DNA from: a virus
Lineage: Duplodnaviria > Caudoviricetes
IMG/VR virus record: IMGVR_UViG_3300005259_000015
Coordinates: 1-35,096 of that record
Length of the DNA stretch: 35,096 nt
Reading direction: 5' to 3' (one strand)
Position 1 is the first letter of the stretch. Each line of letters begins with the position of its first letter. Below, piece by piece: positions 8,482-17,687 of the stretch. The translations under genes were made by a program, and so were the position numbers. Below the pieces are notes generated by a model. It worked only from the letters and a program-made list of their open reading frames with translations. It was not told where the DNA came from and searched no databases.

Positions 8482-9066
8482 TTATGCGACGGCATCGGAG
8501 TCGAGGCTATCCCATTTGATTTCATATTTGAATGTATCGTCTTGTTCGATACGGAGTCCGACTGATGCAAGAGCTTCATCGGTGAGTTTCGATTTCAGGT
8601 CGGCTTCTTTGAGTTCCTTAGATTTCTCTTTTGTGACATAGGCACCGAGGATTGCTTCTTTATTGATTTCCTCTTTAGTGCGGATGAACAGGTCTTTTTG
8701 TTTTCCCCAGAGTTTCTTAATAAACTCAATAGTTGTAGCGACTTTAAATTTATTTGAGAGCTGAAGAACTTTCGGCGGATTGGTACGGAATCCAACGGAC
8801 CCGTGGAAGAGTTCGATAGTACGTTTATCGACTTCAAACTCACGTTTATTTTTGGAGCACCAATCCTGAATAGCGAGTTCGAGATCGGCGACGAGTGCGA
8901 GTTCGTCTTTAACCTTTTCCTTATACTCTTCGGTTATATTCTGAATCTTCTTATTCATCATCGCTTCTTCTTTCGTTCTGACGGCTTCGGCACGTCCGAT
9001 AAGCAGCAGTGCTTTATCGACATCGTCGAACGATTTTATTTCAGGTGGTTTTTCGTACTTAATCAT
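8482..9066 (-). CDS. gam: Host-nuclease inhibitor Gam (Mu Gam family)
   Basis: IKSFDDVDKAL, KRTIELFHGSVGFRTNPPKV, FIRTKEEINKEAI and VGLRIEQDDTF. Confidence 0.93.
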   Translation of the reverse strand: MIKYEKPPEIKSFDDVDKALLLIGRAEAVRTKEEAMMNKKIQNITEEYKEKVKDELALVADLELAIQDWCSKNKREFEVDKRTIELFHGSVGFRTNPPKVLQLSNKFKVATTIEFIKKLWGKQKDLFIRTKEEINKEAILGAYVTKEKSKELKEADLKSKLTDEALASVGLRIEQDDTFKYEIKWDSLDSDAVA

Positions 9067-9094
9067 TTTTGGTTTTTCCTTTCTTTTTTATTCT

Positions 9095-9129
9095 AAGTCC
9101 TCCCCCTTAATCCCCCTCCAAAGGGGGAA
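9095..9129 (+). repeat. REP-like hairpin repeat, copy 3
   Basis: Identical to 7981-8015; intergenic. Confidence 0.9.
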
Positions 9130-9164
9130 TTGGGTTTGGCAACAGGGTTTAACAGTTTTAAAAT

Positions 9165-9626
9165 TTATACCGGTTCAGCATCGAGTGAATCTTCGGTATT
9201 TTGTTTAATAATAATTTTTGTTTTCTGCTCGATAATAATATCGAATCCATCGAGATTGACGACGAGGTCATTCTCATTCAGGTGATGGAACTCGGACATA
9301 TTATCGGATGCATACTGCTGGATATTATGCAAAAGCATATCGGAAGTATTTTTCATAGACTGCACTTCTTCCTTAACGGGTCGTTCGAGCTCGGTAACAG
9401 CTTTCCAGAGTGCTTTAATACGGGACTTTATTTTATGCTGAAGGAATTTATGTTCCTTAACGGCTTTGAGCAAATCCTCTTTAGACATAATTATTTGTGT
9501 TGAAACAAGTTCGAGTTTCGGGTCAGGTTTCGGATCATTGAATGAAGTCTGACCCGGAAGAGTTTCAACAGTTTTCCTTGGTCGTCCCCTTTGGGCTTTC
9601 CATTGAGTTGGTTGAACTTTAGGCAT
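9165..9626 (-). CDS. Gam-like coiled-coil protein with N-terminal AT-hook
   Basis: RGRPRK motif; NIQQYASDNMSEF parallels Gam AIQDWCSKNKREF. Confidence 0.55.
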   Translation of the reverse strand: MPKVQPTQWKAQRGRPRKTVETLPGQTSFNDPKPDPKLELVSTQIIMSKEDLLKAVKEHKFLQHKIKSRIKALWKAVTELERPVKEEVQSMKNTSDMLLHNIQQYASDNMSEFHHLNENDLVVNLDGFDIIIEQKTKIIIKQNTEDSLDAEPV

Positions 9627-9933
9627 TTGGGTTTTTCCTTTCTTTATTGGTATTTAGTATTGGGTATTTGGTATTGGGTAAATTGGATCCTTGCATAGAG
9701 AGAGAAGTCCTCCCCCTTAATCCCCCTCCAAAGGGGGGATCATTAGTGAAACTTGTGAATAGAGCGGATGATAGATTATAGGTGCAGTCTGCGAAACGAA
9801 TACGGTAATGATTGCCGATACGTTTGAGACTGAACTCATAGACTTTCATCTTCTCGGAAATTTCTTTAAAGAGAATTTCCTGAGAAACGGAGTAATATCG
9901 TTGAGCTGTTTTAATATGTTCGGATAATGGCAT
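9619..9933 (-). CDS. Hypothetical protein with repeat-derived C-terminus
   Basis: Contains REP-like copy 9705-9738 (PPFGGGLRGRT) and heptamers 9647-9679 (PNTKYPILNT). Confidence 0.65.
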   Translation of the reverse strand: MPLSEHIKTAQRYYSVSQEILFKEISEKMKVYEFSLKRIGNHYRIRFADCTYNLSSALFTSFTNDPPFGGGLRGRTSLSMQGSNLPNTKYPILNTNKERKNPNA

Positions 9934-10204
9934 TAGCTTCTTCTATAATAGATTTTTGTTTCGATTCGGTTTTGCAAGTCTGATTAACACGTTCATCGCG
10001 ATATTGAATAACATTACCGACCGACTTCATAAGCATTGAGAGTTCGGCTGTAGTGAAATTTCCATTGTATGAATATTTAGTTTCGGTAAATCCGTCTTTA
10101 TAAGTATTATTAATAAGAATATATTCGTCAGTACGTTTTGAGAAGAGTAATTGAATCATCTTTAAACGATGTATAAATTGTTCGAGTTTGTTTAGAAGTT
10201 TCAT
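9911..10204 (-). CDS. Hypothetical protein
   Basis: Operon packing. Confidence 0.65.
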   Translation of the reverse strand: MKLLNKLEQFIHRLKMIQLLFSKRTDEYILINNTYKDGFTETKYSYNGNFTTAELSMLMKSVGNVIQYRDERVNQTCKTESKQKSIIEEANAIIRTY

Positions 10205-10208
10205 AATT

Positions 10209-10538
10209 TTATCTCCTTATTTTTGATTTTCCAATTGCTCTGGAAATACATCCGAAAATCAAATCCCAAAATTCACTTGGGTGCGGGAACGCTATTTTTA
10301 TTAATTCTAAAGTCAGGTCATTATAGAGTTCGATTCCATAGTCTTTAGTTTGATGAATATTTATCCCCGCTTTTCTTAAATGGTTTAGATCTCTTCGTAC
10401 GCTTGTCGCAGAGCAATTAAATAATTTAGCAATATCCGTATCCCGGATTATGGCGCTATCGGGCTTTACATTTATCCGATGTAAAATTTTAGCGAGCCTC
10501 GCAATTTTAGTCTCATCAATTTGTTTTTTTACGTTCAT
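10209..10538 (-). CDS. HTH DNA-binding protein (HTH_11/Rex-like)
   Basis: DTDIAKLFNCSATSVRRDLNHLRKAG. Confidence 0.72.
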   Translation of the reverse strand: MNVKKQIDETKIARLAKILHRINVKPDSAIIRDTDIAKLFNCSATSVRRDLNHLRKAGINIHQTKDYGIELYNDLTLELIKIAFPHPSEFWDLIFGCISRAIGKSKIRR

Positions 10539-10906
10539 AATTTTATGGCTCCTTTCTTAATGAGTTTAAGAATGAGTTCAGATGCTGCTTCGGCGGCGTT
10601 AACGTGTTGGGCTGATATTGCTTTATACTCTGCGAGGAATCCTTTAGAATTTTTGCGAAGGATTGTATCGATGGGAAGATACTGTTCGAGTTCGGAGAAT
10701 GTGAAAGCGGAGCAGAATTTATGTTCGTGTCCGGGCATAATAAAAACTTCGGTAGAATTATGAATAAGTTTATTACGGATTTCATAAACCGCCATAGAAT
10801 TCTGCGGCAGTCCTGCACGTTTAAGATTATTAGCAGATTTAAACATAACAAAATTTCTCATTATGCAGCCCTCCAATCGAGTTCCTGAGTAGCATGAGAA
10901 ATCCAT
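10535..10906 (-). CDS. Hypothetical protein
   Basis: Likely real start ATG at 10861 (MRNFVMF), coupled to the ATPase stop. Confidence 0.65.
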   Translation of the reverse strand: MDFSCYSGTRLEGCIMRNFVMFKSANNLKRAGLPQNSMAVYEIRNKLIHNSTEVFIMPGHEHKFCSAFTFSELEQYLPIDTILRKNSKGFLAEYKAISAQHVNAAEAASELILKLIKKGAIKL

Positions 10907-11802
10907 TCATCATTCACTTCTTTGGCATTATTACGTTCGGCAAGTTTAACCGCGAGATTAGCTATTTTAATAATAGCACGGATACCTCCGCGTTTTTCAT
11001 ACTCTTTAGCGAGCTTACGAATTTCAATATCAGAAACTTTATGTTTCGGTAAATAGTCATCGAAGACCATTCGAACATCATCCGGTGTAAGTATATTAAC
11101 GATTTCCTTATAGTCAACTCTACTATATAACTGTACGAGATTTTCGCGGAGTGAGCGACCTTTCACTAATATAGTAGAAAGATTCTGGAGTCCGACCAGA
11201 CACAGAGCCATATTGCCCTGATCATAGAGGTCGCGTAGAAGTTCGAGCATATCAGTTTTAAGACGTTCGGCTTCATCAATGACAATGAGCCGAGGTCGTT
11301 TACGTAGAATTTCGGAAACAATATCGAACATTTCGAACTGTGAGCCATAGGCAATCTGTCCGAGTGAGCGGAGCAGAGTAATGAGCAGATACTTTTTAGT
11401 CAGGACTTCATTCACTCTAATATATACAGCATCCTGATTATAGAGACAATAGTTCTCGAGGGCTGTAGTTTTCCCGGAGCCGCTAACACCGGTAATAACG
11501 GAAAGTTTCTTTTCCTCGTATGTACGATTGAGGGTCCGGAAGACGATACGCATAAGTTTTGTTTCATAGATTTTCTTTGACGAGATTCTAAGAAACTTTT
11601 CGATAGCAGACCAGACAAAATTTGTAGAATTATACGGATATTCATTCTTCAGAATTTGTGAAATGATTGAAGAAGAAATACCAATTTTTCGAGTGAGAGT
11701 ATTCTGAGAAAATTTAAACTTCTCGATACTCTCTTTCAATTTATCGGAATAAATCTGAGCGAGGTCAAGTTCTTCCGATGGTGTCACGGGATTAGTCATC
11801 AT
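10861..11802 (-). CDS. Transposition ATPase (MuB-like AAA+, N-terminal HTH)
   Basis: Walker A GVSGSGKT, Walker B LIVIDEAE, QLYSRV; directly follows transposase. Confidence 0.92.
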   Translation of the reverse strand: MMTNPVTPSEELDLAQIYSDKLKESIEKFKFSQNTLTRKIGISSSIISQILKNEYPYNSTNFVWSAIEKFLRISSKKIYETKLMRIVFRTLNRTYEEKKLSVITGVSGSGKTTALENYCLYNQDAVYIRVNEVLTKKYLLITLLRSLGQIAYGSQFEMFDIVSEILRKRPRLIVIDEAERLKTDMLELLRDLYDQGNMALCLVGLQNLSTILVKGRSLRENLVQLYSRVDYKEIVNILTPDDVRMVFDDYLPKHKVSDIEIRKLAKEYEKRGGIRAIIKIANLAVKLAERNNAKEVNDEWISHATQELDWRAA

Positions 11803-13879
11803 CGTGTAGTCCTTTTATTTTTTTAAGTTTAGGTAAATTATTAATTTTAATTTCGAGTTCTTCCTGTTTGATATTTTTAATTTGTGAATCGAGAATACTT
11901 AATTCGTTAATAGTTGCAGTAGCAGTGGCAGTAGCAGTGAGAGCAAGTAGCCCCGATGAATCGGGATTTTGCAAAGAACGCTCAACAGTTGCAGTATTGA
12001 ATGTAGATTTTAATTGACGTTCTTCGGCACGTTGCAATAATAATTCATCTTTGAATGAAGAATCGTTATAATGAATTGCACGTTGAAGCTCGGCAATACA
12101 GATGAATTTCAGATTACGGATTATATCCGGTGTAAGATATTTTTTATCATTAATTTTCTGGAGTTCATCGGAATGAAAAATATACAACTGATTTGTATTA
12201 ATATTAGTATATCGTATAATAACGCGTTCACCTGCGACGGGTCGGAGTTTCGGAGAATAGAATTCTTTTCCGTTAAGATTAATACCTGTTTTAAGCTGGA
12301 CCGTACGGAGTTCAAAATTCATAGCATAGATCCCGACGGATTCAGGGTTACATCGAACAGGTTTAAATCCCTGACGGATTTTATATTCGTATCTTCCGTT
12401 AGGTGAATTAACAGTTTCGCCGAGAGTGTTTACAACTTCATCTTTACAATTAATATCATACGCCAATTTACCGACTGAATCAATTTTCAAACCGCCGTGA
12501 ATACGTTCGTGATACTCTTGAAGTTTCTCATCGAGCAATTGAATTAATTCAGTAATATGCATAAACCTTTTCTTCGAAGATTTCAAACGACCTTCGGGAT
12601 TAGCAATATTAATAATATTACAATCCCAGTCCTGTTCCTCTTTAAATAATTTTTCGGTACGGGTAATATCACGCTGCTGACCGAGAACAAACTTCAGACG
12701 ATTACGGGTATCATCAGGGAACTCCTGATATTTATTACCTGTATAACCAATTTGAGTTTTGAGTAAATTATCGAGAACATTATGAAACGATTCAATTGAC
12801 TTAGCGCGTGCGAGTTTAACGGTAGCGAGAGTAGTTTTAATATTAAGATTTTCTTTCATCTGAGCGAACCGACCTGAGAGATACGACTTACCGTTATCGT
12901 GTTTACAGATTTGCGGAAGTCCCCATTGATCAATAGCGACAGCAAGAGAATTAGCAATTGCTTCAGAAGTTTCCGTAAAAGAAACCTGATAGCAATACCG
13001 GCGGGTTGCAGCATCATACCAACCCATCAGATAGGGTCGATAAACTTTTTTCCAATCGTGGGAAATAACAAGTACATCGAGTTTCTTACCATCACCGACA
13101 ATCAGTTCAGCCGGTTGAAGTTTAGAATAATCGAGTTTCATAGTATGCTGACGTTTATTACGATAATCATAGATACCGAAACGATTCAGGAACAGAGCAT
13201 CAGCGGAATTATTTTTTATTTCTTTTAAGAAACGAGATGCGGAAGCATAAGAGCCAATTGATAATTGATAATTGATAATTGATAATTGATTTTTAGGAAC
13301 GGGTAATTGATTAATAAATTCGGGTTTAATTTCATAAGTGCCCGGAACGAACTTAGTAGTATAGGATGAAAGTATAGAATGATTTTTTACATCACAAAGA
13401 TAGCCGTTGACAATATCGAGGACTTCACCGGTTGATGCAACAGAGAACTCAGAAGAAATTTTACGGAAATACTTATGTAAATCTTCATAGGCACGAATAG
13501 CGCATCCGCCGTGAATTTTATCACAGAAAATTTCCTGTAACTTTAATAATGATTCATTTGAAAAACTACGGGCAGTACCTTTATCGGATTTTGATTTACG
13601 GGTTAGGGATGCTGCACCTTTGGACTTATAGAGATTTAGTTTTGATTGAATTGACGAATAGGAATTCTTTATATCATATTTAGAAGCTGCGATAAGTGTA
13701 TCCGATTTCCCTTTAATATTATTTTCAATAATAAAATTAAGAAGTGACTGGAGACGGATAACGGAGGTTGAGAGTTCACGGGGATCAGAGCTTTCCACTC
13801 GCCCAGTCGAGTCTTCGACCGCAGAGTTCGCAGAGTTCGCAGAGTTTATAGCATCATTCTTTAGAGGTTGATTAATCAT
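11792..13879 (-). CDS. Mu-like DDE transposase (MuA-like)
   Basis: IVGDGKKLD, HDNGKSY and KSIESFH catalytic triad; RKSKSDKG motif; C-terminal GERVIIRY. Confidence 0.92.
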   Translation of the reverse strand: MINQPLKNDAINSANSANSAVEDSTGRVESSDPRELSTSVIRLQSLLNFIIENNIKGKSDTLIAASKYDIKNSYSSIQSKLNLYKSKGAASLTRKSKSDKGTARSFSNESLLKLQEIFCDKIHGGCAIRAYEDLHKYFRKISSEFSVASTGEVLDIVNGYLCDVKNHSILSSYTTKFVPGTYEIKPEFINQLPVPKNQLSIINYQLSIGSYASASRFLKEIKNNSADALFLNRFGIYDYRNKRQHTMKLDYSKLQPAELIVGDGKKLDVLVISHDWKKVYRPYLMGWYDAATRRYCYQVSFTETSEAIANSLAVAIDQWGLPQICKHDNGKSYLSGRFAQMKENLNIKTTLATVKLARAKSIESFHNVLDNLLKTQIGYTGNKYQEFPDDTRNRLKFVLGQQRDITRTEKLFKEEQDWDCNIINIANPEGRLKSSKKRFMHITELIQLLDEKLQEYHERIHGGLKIDSVGKLAYDINCKDEVVNTLGETVNSPNGRYEYKIRQGFKPVRCNPESVGIYAMNFELRTVQLKTGINLNGKEFYSPKLRPVAGERVIIRYTNINTNQLYIFHSDELQKINDKKYLTPDIIRNLKFICIAELQRAIHYNDSSFKDELLLQRAEERQLKSTFNTATVERSLQNPDSSGLLALTATATATATINELSILDSQIKNIKQEELEIKINNLPKLKKIKGLHDDD

Positions 13880-13881
13880 CG

Positions 13882-14058
13882 TCAGTTAGATTTTGGGTTA
13901 AGTTTTCGGTTAATAATTCTAACGGGTTCACGTGTTGCATAGAAATCTACATTATTAATTCGTTCACGTTCGGCTTTACGGGCTTGGGACAATTTTTTAT
14001 TGTACGCTTTTTTCTTTTTGTACCTATCGTAATATGCAAATGAGTCGAGGGGGTTCAT
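13882..14058 (-). CDS. Hypothetical basic protein, 58 aa (not in ORF track)
   Basis: MNPLDSFAYYDRYKKKK...NRKLNPKSN*; ATGA coupling, ends 2 bp before transposase. Confidence 0.65.
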   Translation of the reverse strand: MNPLDSFAYYDRYKKKKAYNKKLSQARKAERERINNVDFYATREPVRIINRKLNPKSN

Positions 14059-14282
14059 TGTTTTTGTGAGTCAATAAAAGTTTGCCAAGAAGTAAACAGG
14101 TTACGATAAGCGGCATCGCGTTCGGACAAATGATTGAAATCAAAAATATAAATTGAATCGGAGACGAGATAGACTTTCAATTGAAATTCACTATTGAGAT
14201 TATCAATAGTTTGTATAGCGACAACGCGAGACAGGAGCAAGTCCATATCTTTAACTTTAACAATTTGGTCAGGAATACTCAT
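14055..14282 (-). CDS. Hypothetical protein
   Basis: ATGA-coupled in early operon. Confidence 0.7.
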   Translation of the reverse strand: MSIPDQIVKVKDMDLLLSRVVAIQTIDNLNSEFQLKVYLVSDSIYIFDFNHLSERDAAYRNLFTSWQTFIDSQKQ

Positions 14283-14461
14283 GCGGCTTTGGTTAAAAAG
14301 TTTTGAAGAAATATTAAAATTTTCATTTTTTGTTTTTCTGCTTTTCTACTACCATTCAAAATAAAAGACAAATACACGGGAGTAATCCCAAGCTTCTCCG
14401 CGATATATTTATTTTTCAAACCGGTATCTTTTATAAGTTTTATTAAATTATCTGTTTTCAT
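14279..14461 (-). CDS. XRE-family HTH protein (Cro-like)
   Basis: GLKNKYIAEKLGITPVYLSFILNG. Confidence 0.82.
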   Translation of the reverse strand: MKTDNLIKLIKDTGLKNKYIAEKLGITPVYLSFILNGSRKAEKQKMKILIFLQNFLTKAA

Positions 14462-14819
14462 TTTTGATTAAAGATTCTTTATTTAATTTTTCTTCCTCAA
14501 TAAATTTTTTGAATTTTTTTAATTTTAGAGTTAAGTCAACAAGTGTGATAGACTCATCATCAGTAAAATTTTTAAAAGAACGCATTGCGAAAGAGAATGC
14601 CCGAATAAATAAATCGGGGTCGGAATAAATAATACTATTAAGATCTTCCTTATCAATAAGGATAAAAGAAATATGTTTTAGAACTTTCCGGATAGTGTCT
14701 TCTGAACCTTGATATTTACCTTGAAGTATTTGGATTACGGTTGAATGATTCAACTTTAAATCATTAGCAACGCTCCTAATGGATTTTCCCTTCTTTTTCA
14801 ATTGTTCTTTTAATGTCAT
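14448..14819 (-). CDS. Cro/Ner-like HTH protein, first early gene
   Basis: SIRSVANDLKLNHSTVIQILQGKY; divergent from repressor. Confidence 0.8.
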   Translation of the reverse strand: MTLKEQLKKKGKSIRSVANDLKLNHSTVIQILQGKYQGSEDTIRKVLKHISFILIDKEDLNSIIYSDPDLFIRAFSFAMRSFKNFTDDESITLVDLTLKLKKFKKFIEEEKLNKESLIKNENR

Positions 14820-14832
14820 AAAAATTTAATAA

Positions 14833-14937
14833 TCGTTTGTTAAAGAATAATTAAACAAAAATATCGTTATTTAACGATTATGTCAAGCACAAAATTCGTT
14901 ATCTAACGATTGTCGAAAAATATTCGTTATATAAAGA
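14833..14937. promoter_or_regulatory. Four palindromic operators, consensus TCGTTANNTAA(C/A)GA
   Basis: 14833-14846, 14864-14877, 14896-14909 and 14924-14937. Confidence 0.85.
14858..14886 (-). promoter_or_regulatory. Early leftward promoter
   Basis: TTGACA (14886-14881), 17 bp, TATTTT(TG); operator 2 lies in the spacer. Confidence 0.72.
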
Positions 14938-14943
14938 TTTCCA

Positions 14944-14972
14944 TTGACAATAAGAAAGTTGTGCCTTAAATT
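14944..14972 (+). promoter_or_regulatory. Repressor promoter
   Basis: TTGACA (14944-14949), 17 bp, TAAATT. Confidence 0.68.
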
Positions 14973-15048
14973 GTGTTTAACCATTTTTAACCATACTTTA
15001 ACCACGTTAGCGGGAAGATTAGAAGTATCTTTCTAACGTATTTTAAAA

Positions 15049-15717
15049 ATGCCAGAATTTAATAAAAACATATTCCAAAAAAGGATTAAAGAACTCAGGG
15101 AAGGTTTGACCCAAAAAGAGTTCGCTCAACAAATCGGAATTAGTCATACATTGATCTCGGATTACGAGAAAGGGAGGACAAAGCCGACTACAGAGATATT
15201 AGATAAATTCGTTAATAATGCGAAAGTGAATTTGTTATGGTTATTCACCGGCATAGGTAATAAATTTATAAGTGATAATTTTATTGTAAAAGAAAAATCT
15301 CAAAGCTACGGAACAAAATTCAAAGATGTTCCGCTTGTCGGAAGTGTAGGTTGCGGGATGCCATTACACAGTTGGAATGAATATGGAAATGATTTTTATA
15401 GTATAAGTAATGCCGGGCATTTATCCAATCCGTTTATTCTCAAAGCAAAAGGTGATTCAATGATTCCCTATATAAATCAAAATGATTTATTATTATGCTC
15501 TGACGAACCTCAATTAATAAAAAACGGAAGAGCCGTTATTGTCAGTTTCAAAACAGAACCCGATACTCAAGAAAGCAATGCGAAATTAATTAAATATTTA
15601 AGTAATGATTTAGTAATGCTATACTCTGTAAATACAAAATACGAACCTATTATAATAGAGAAAAAACAAATCTATCATATTTACAAATTAATAAGAATAA
15701 TCAGAGAGGTAAAATAA
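15049..15717 (+). CDS. CI/LexA-like repressor (XRE HTH + S24 peptidase)
   Basis: LTQKEFAQQIGIS..ISDYEKG HTH; VGCG cleavage-site-like motif; GDSM serine; AKLIK lysine region. Confidence 0.93.
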   Translation: MPEFNKNIFQKRIKELREGLTQKEFAQQIGISHTLISDYEKGRTKPTTEILDKFVNNAKVNLLWLFTGIGNKFISDNFIVKEKSQSYGTKFKDVPLVGSVGCGMPLHSWNEYGNDFYSISNAGHLSNPFILKAKGDSMIPYINQNDLLLCSDEPQLIKNGRAVIVSFKTEPDTQESNAKLIKYLSNDLVMLYSVNTKYEPIIIEKKQIYHIYKLIRIIREVK

Positions 15718-16262
15718 TGAAAATTTTTTTAATGTTTGTTTGTACCGTTACTATTATAGTAATTACAATGACGGATGGATATTCCCAAAAGAAGATATTC
15801 ATTGAAACCGGATTGACGGCAGGGATGGAAGCAACATCTTTGAATGTATCAATAAATTATTTTGACAAGAAAAATTTCTTTGCGGGTGGTGGATTTAATT
15901 TATTTGGTATCATGAGTTATAATGGATTTAAAGAGCCCGCAGCTAAAACACTTCAGATCCTATCACCATTATTTGATATACAAGACGTTGAGGAAAGAGG
16001 TCCGTTTGGGCTTGGTGGAGGATTCAGGATTTTTACAAACTTTGGTGTGGGGATTGAAGGGGGCGTTATGGCGACTTGGAAATCCAAATACACTACATAT
16101 AAATTATTTGATGCAGATTTTAAATATGCTTGGGATGAAAATAAATTCAAATTATATCCTTACGGGAGAATAATAGTATTCACACCTGAAAATAAATTTA
16201 CAATTGGGTTTGAGATGAATGAAGTAATCAAAGCCGGAGCGTATATAGGTTATAAGTTTTAG
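15717..16262 (+). CDS. Outer-membrane beta-barrel protein (putative lysogenic conversion/exclusion)
   Basis: Signal peptide ending GYS|Q, alternating Gly/aromatic strands, C-terminal AYIGYKF; coupled to repressor. Confidence 0.72.
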   Translation: MKIFLMFVCTVTIIVITMTDGYSQKKIFIETGLTAGMEATSLNVSINYFDKKNFFAGGGFNLFGIMSYNGFKEPAAKTLQILSPLFDIQDVEERGPFGLGGGFRIFTNFGVGIEGGVMATWKSKYTTYKLFDADFKYAWDENKFKLYPYGRIIVFTPENKFTIGFEMNEVIKAGAYIGYKF

Positions 16263-16311
16263 AGTATTCCTCCCCTTAATTCCTTTTCAAAGGGGTAAAT
16301 GATTTTTTTAG

Positions 16312-16339
16312 AAACCGTTTAGAGATAAACGGTTTTTTT
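16312..16339 (+). terminator. Intrinsic terminator of repressor operon
   Basis: AAACCGTTTA-GAGA-TAAACGGTTT followed by a T run. Confidence 0.85.
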
Positions 16340-16409
16340 GTTTTATAGTTTACATTTCAATAGTTACAAATCACAAATAACACATCGTTAAAAAACTCCC
16401 TAATAAAAA

Positions 16410-16443
16410 ATAGGTTTACAATTTTATTTATACATTATATTTT
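16410..16443 (+). promoter_or_regulatory. Late promoter for rightward capsid/tail operon
   Basis: ATAGG-TTTACA-N17-TATTTT; twin of 4790-4823. Confidence 0.75.
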
Positions 16444-16532
16444 TTGGGTTAATAATAGAAGTCAGAATTCAGAAGTCAGAATTCAGAAAAAAGAGAAAAC
16501 AAAAAATGATAGACCATAGATGAAAAAATAGA

Positions 16533-17687
16533 ATGGCAAATGAGCTAAAGAATATAAGGATAAGTCTGATAAGTTTAGTTGGTAAAGCGGCTAACAAGAC
16601 TACTTTTATATACAAGAGTTCAGATGGCGGGGCAGAGTTGAGAAGATTTGATATTATTAAGAAAGATGACGAGAAGAGATTAGTTTACGGAATAGTTTAT
16701 CCTGCGGGAAAAGTCGATGCACAGAATGATTTTGCAACACCGGAGGAAGTCGAAAAAGCCGCACACAATTTTATGCAATCCTTAGAGAGCACCGAAAAGA
16801 TTGACACCGGTCACAATTTACAAATCGCAAAAGGCGTTAAGATAGTGGAGAGTTACGTCGTAAAAAAAGGCGACGAGATGTATCTGAACGATGAAGGTGC
16901 ATGGGCTATAGTAGTAAAAGTTGACAACGACGAAATCTGGGGACAGATAACGGACGGAACGTTCACGGGATTTTCGATGTGGGGTGAAGCTGAGCGAATT
17001 GCGGAAGAAGTTAGCAAGGAGGAAATGAGTATGATGAAGAATATATTTAGTGTATTAAAAAAGGTATTTAATAGTAGTGGATCCCCGATAAAAACATTCG
17101 AGGATGACAATTTTAATGTAAAAGAGATGGAAAATAAAATTCAGATAGCAAAAGATTTTAATGCAATGATAGCGGCACAGGATGTGCGGGAATACATCTG
17201 GACGTTGAGGGATTCATTTGACCAGATATACAATGATGCGGCAGTGGTGGATAAGAAGACAGCGATACTTGCTAATATAGATCAGTTTAAGGCAAAGATA
17301 GAATCAGTTGACATAGCAAAAGGAATACTGGCAGAGATAATGAAGGATGGTGAGATTGACATTGAGAAGGCGGGAAAAGTTTTAAGTGAAGCAAACTTGG
17401 CAAAATTACAGGCAGCAATAGACAATATTAATTCGATTTTAGAAAATTCAAAAATACAAAAAATGGACGAGAAAATTCAGAAACAAATTGACGATGCAGT
17501 TGAATCCGCAAAGGTAGAATTGCAAAAAGCAAATGATGCAAAGATAACCGAGTTAAACGGTGAGATTGACAAACTCAAGAAAGAAAATGAAGACTTAAAA
17601 ACCAAGTCACCCGGCAGCGGTCAAGGTGTAGCGGACCCGGCAAAGGTCGAGAAGGAAGATGACGGAATTAATTTTCTTGGTAGATAG
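16533..17687 (+). CDS. XkdF-like prohead protease with C-terminal scaffold-like coiled coil
   Basis: ISLVGKAAN, RLVYGIVY, EVEKAAHNF, IDTGH, IVESY and GFSMWG. Confidence 0.88.
   Translation: MANELKNIRISLISLVGKAANKTTFIYKSSDGGAELRRFDIIKKDDEKRLVYGIVYPAGKVDAQNDFATPEEVEKAAHNFMQSLESTEKIDTGHNLQIAKGVKIVESYVVKKGDEMYLNDEGAWAIVVKVDNDEIWGQITDGTFTGFSMWGEAERIAEEVSKEEMSMMKNIFSVLKKVFNSSGSPIKTFEDDNFNVKEMENKIQIAKDFNAMIAAQDVREYIWTLRDSFDQIYNDAAVVDKKTAILANIDQFKAKIESVDIAKGILAEIMKDGEIDIEKAGKVLSEANLAKLQAAIDNINSILENSKIQKMDEKIQKQIDDAVESAKVELQKANDAKITELNGEIDKLKKENEDLKTKSPGSGQGVADPAKVEKEDDGINFLGR

Noticed and set aside
8202-8579. 125 aa ORF in track
   Set aside because: Overlaps gam, crosses a terminator-like hairpin and is largely translated repeats
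7981-9738. Four ~35 bp direct repeats as a CRISPR array
   Set aside because: Spacing is irregular (360-750 bp) with whole genes in between; no cas genes
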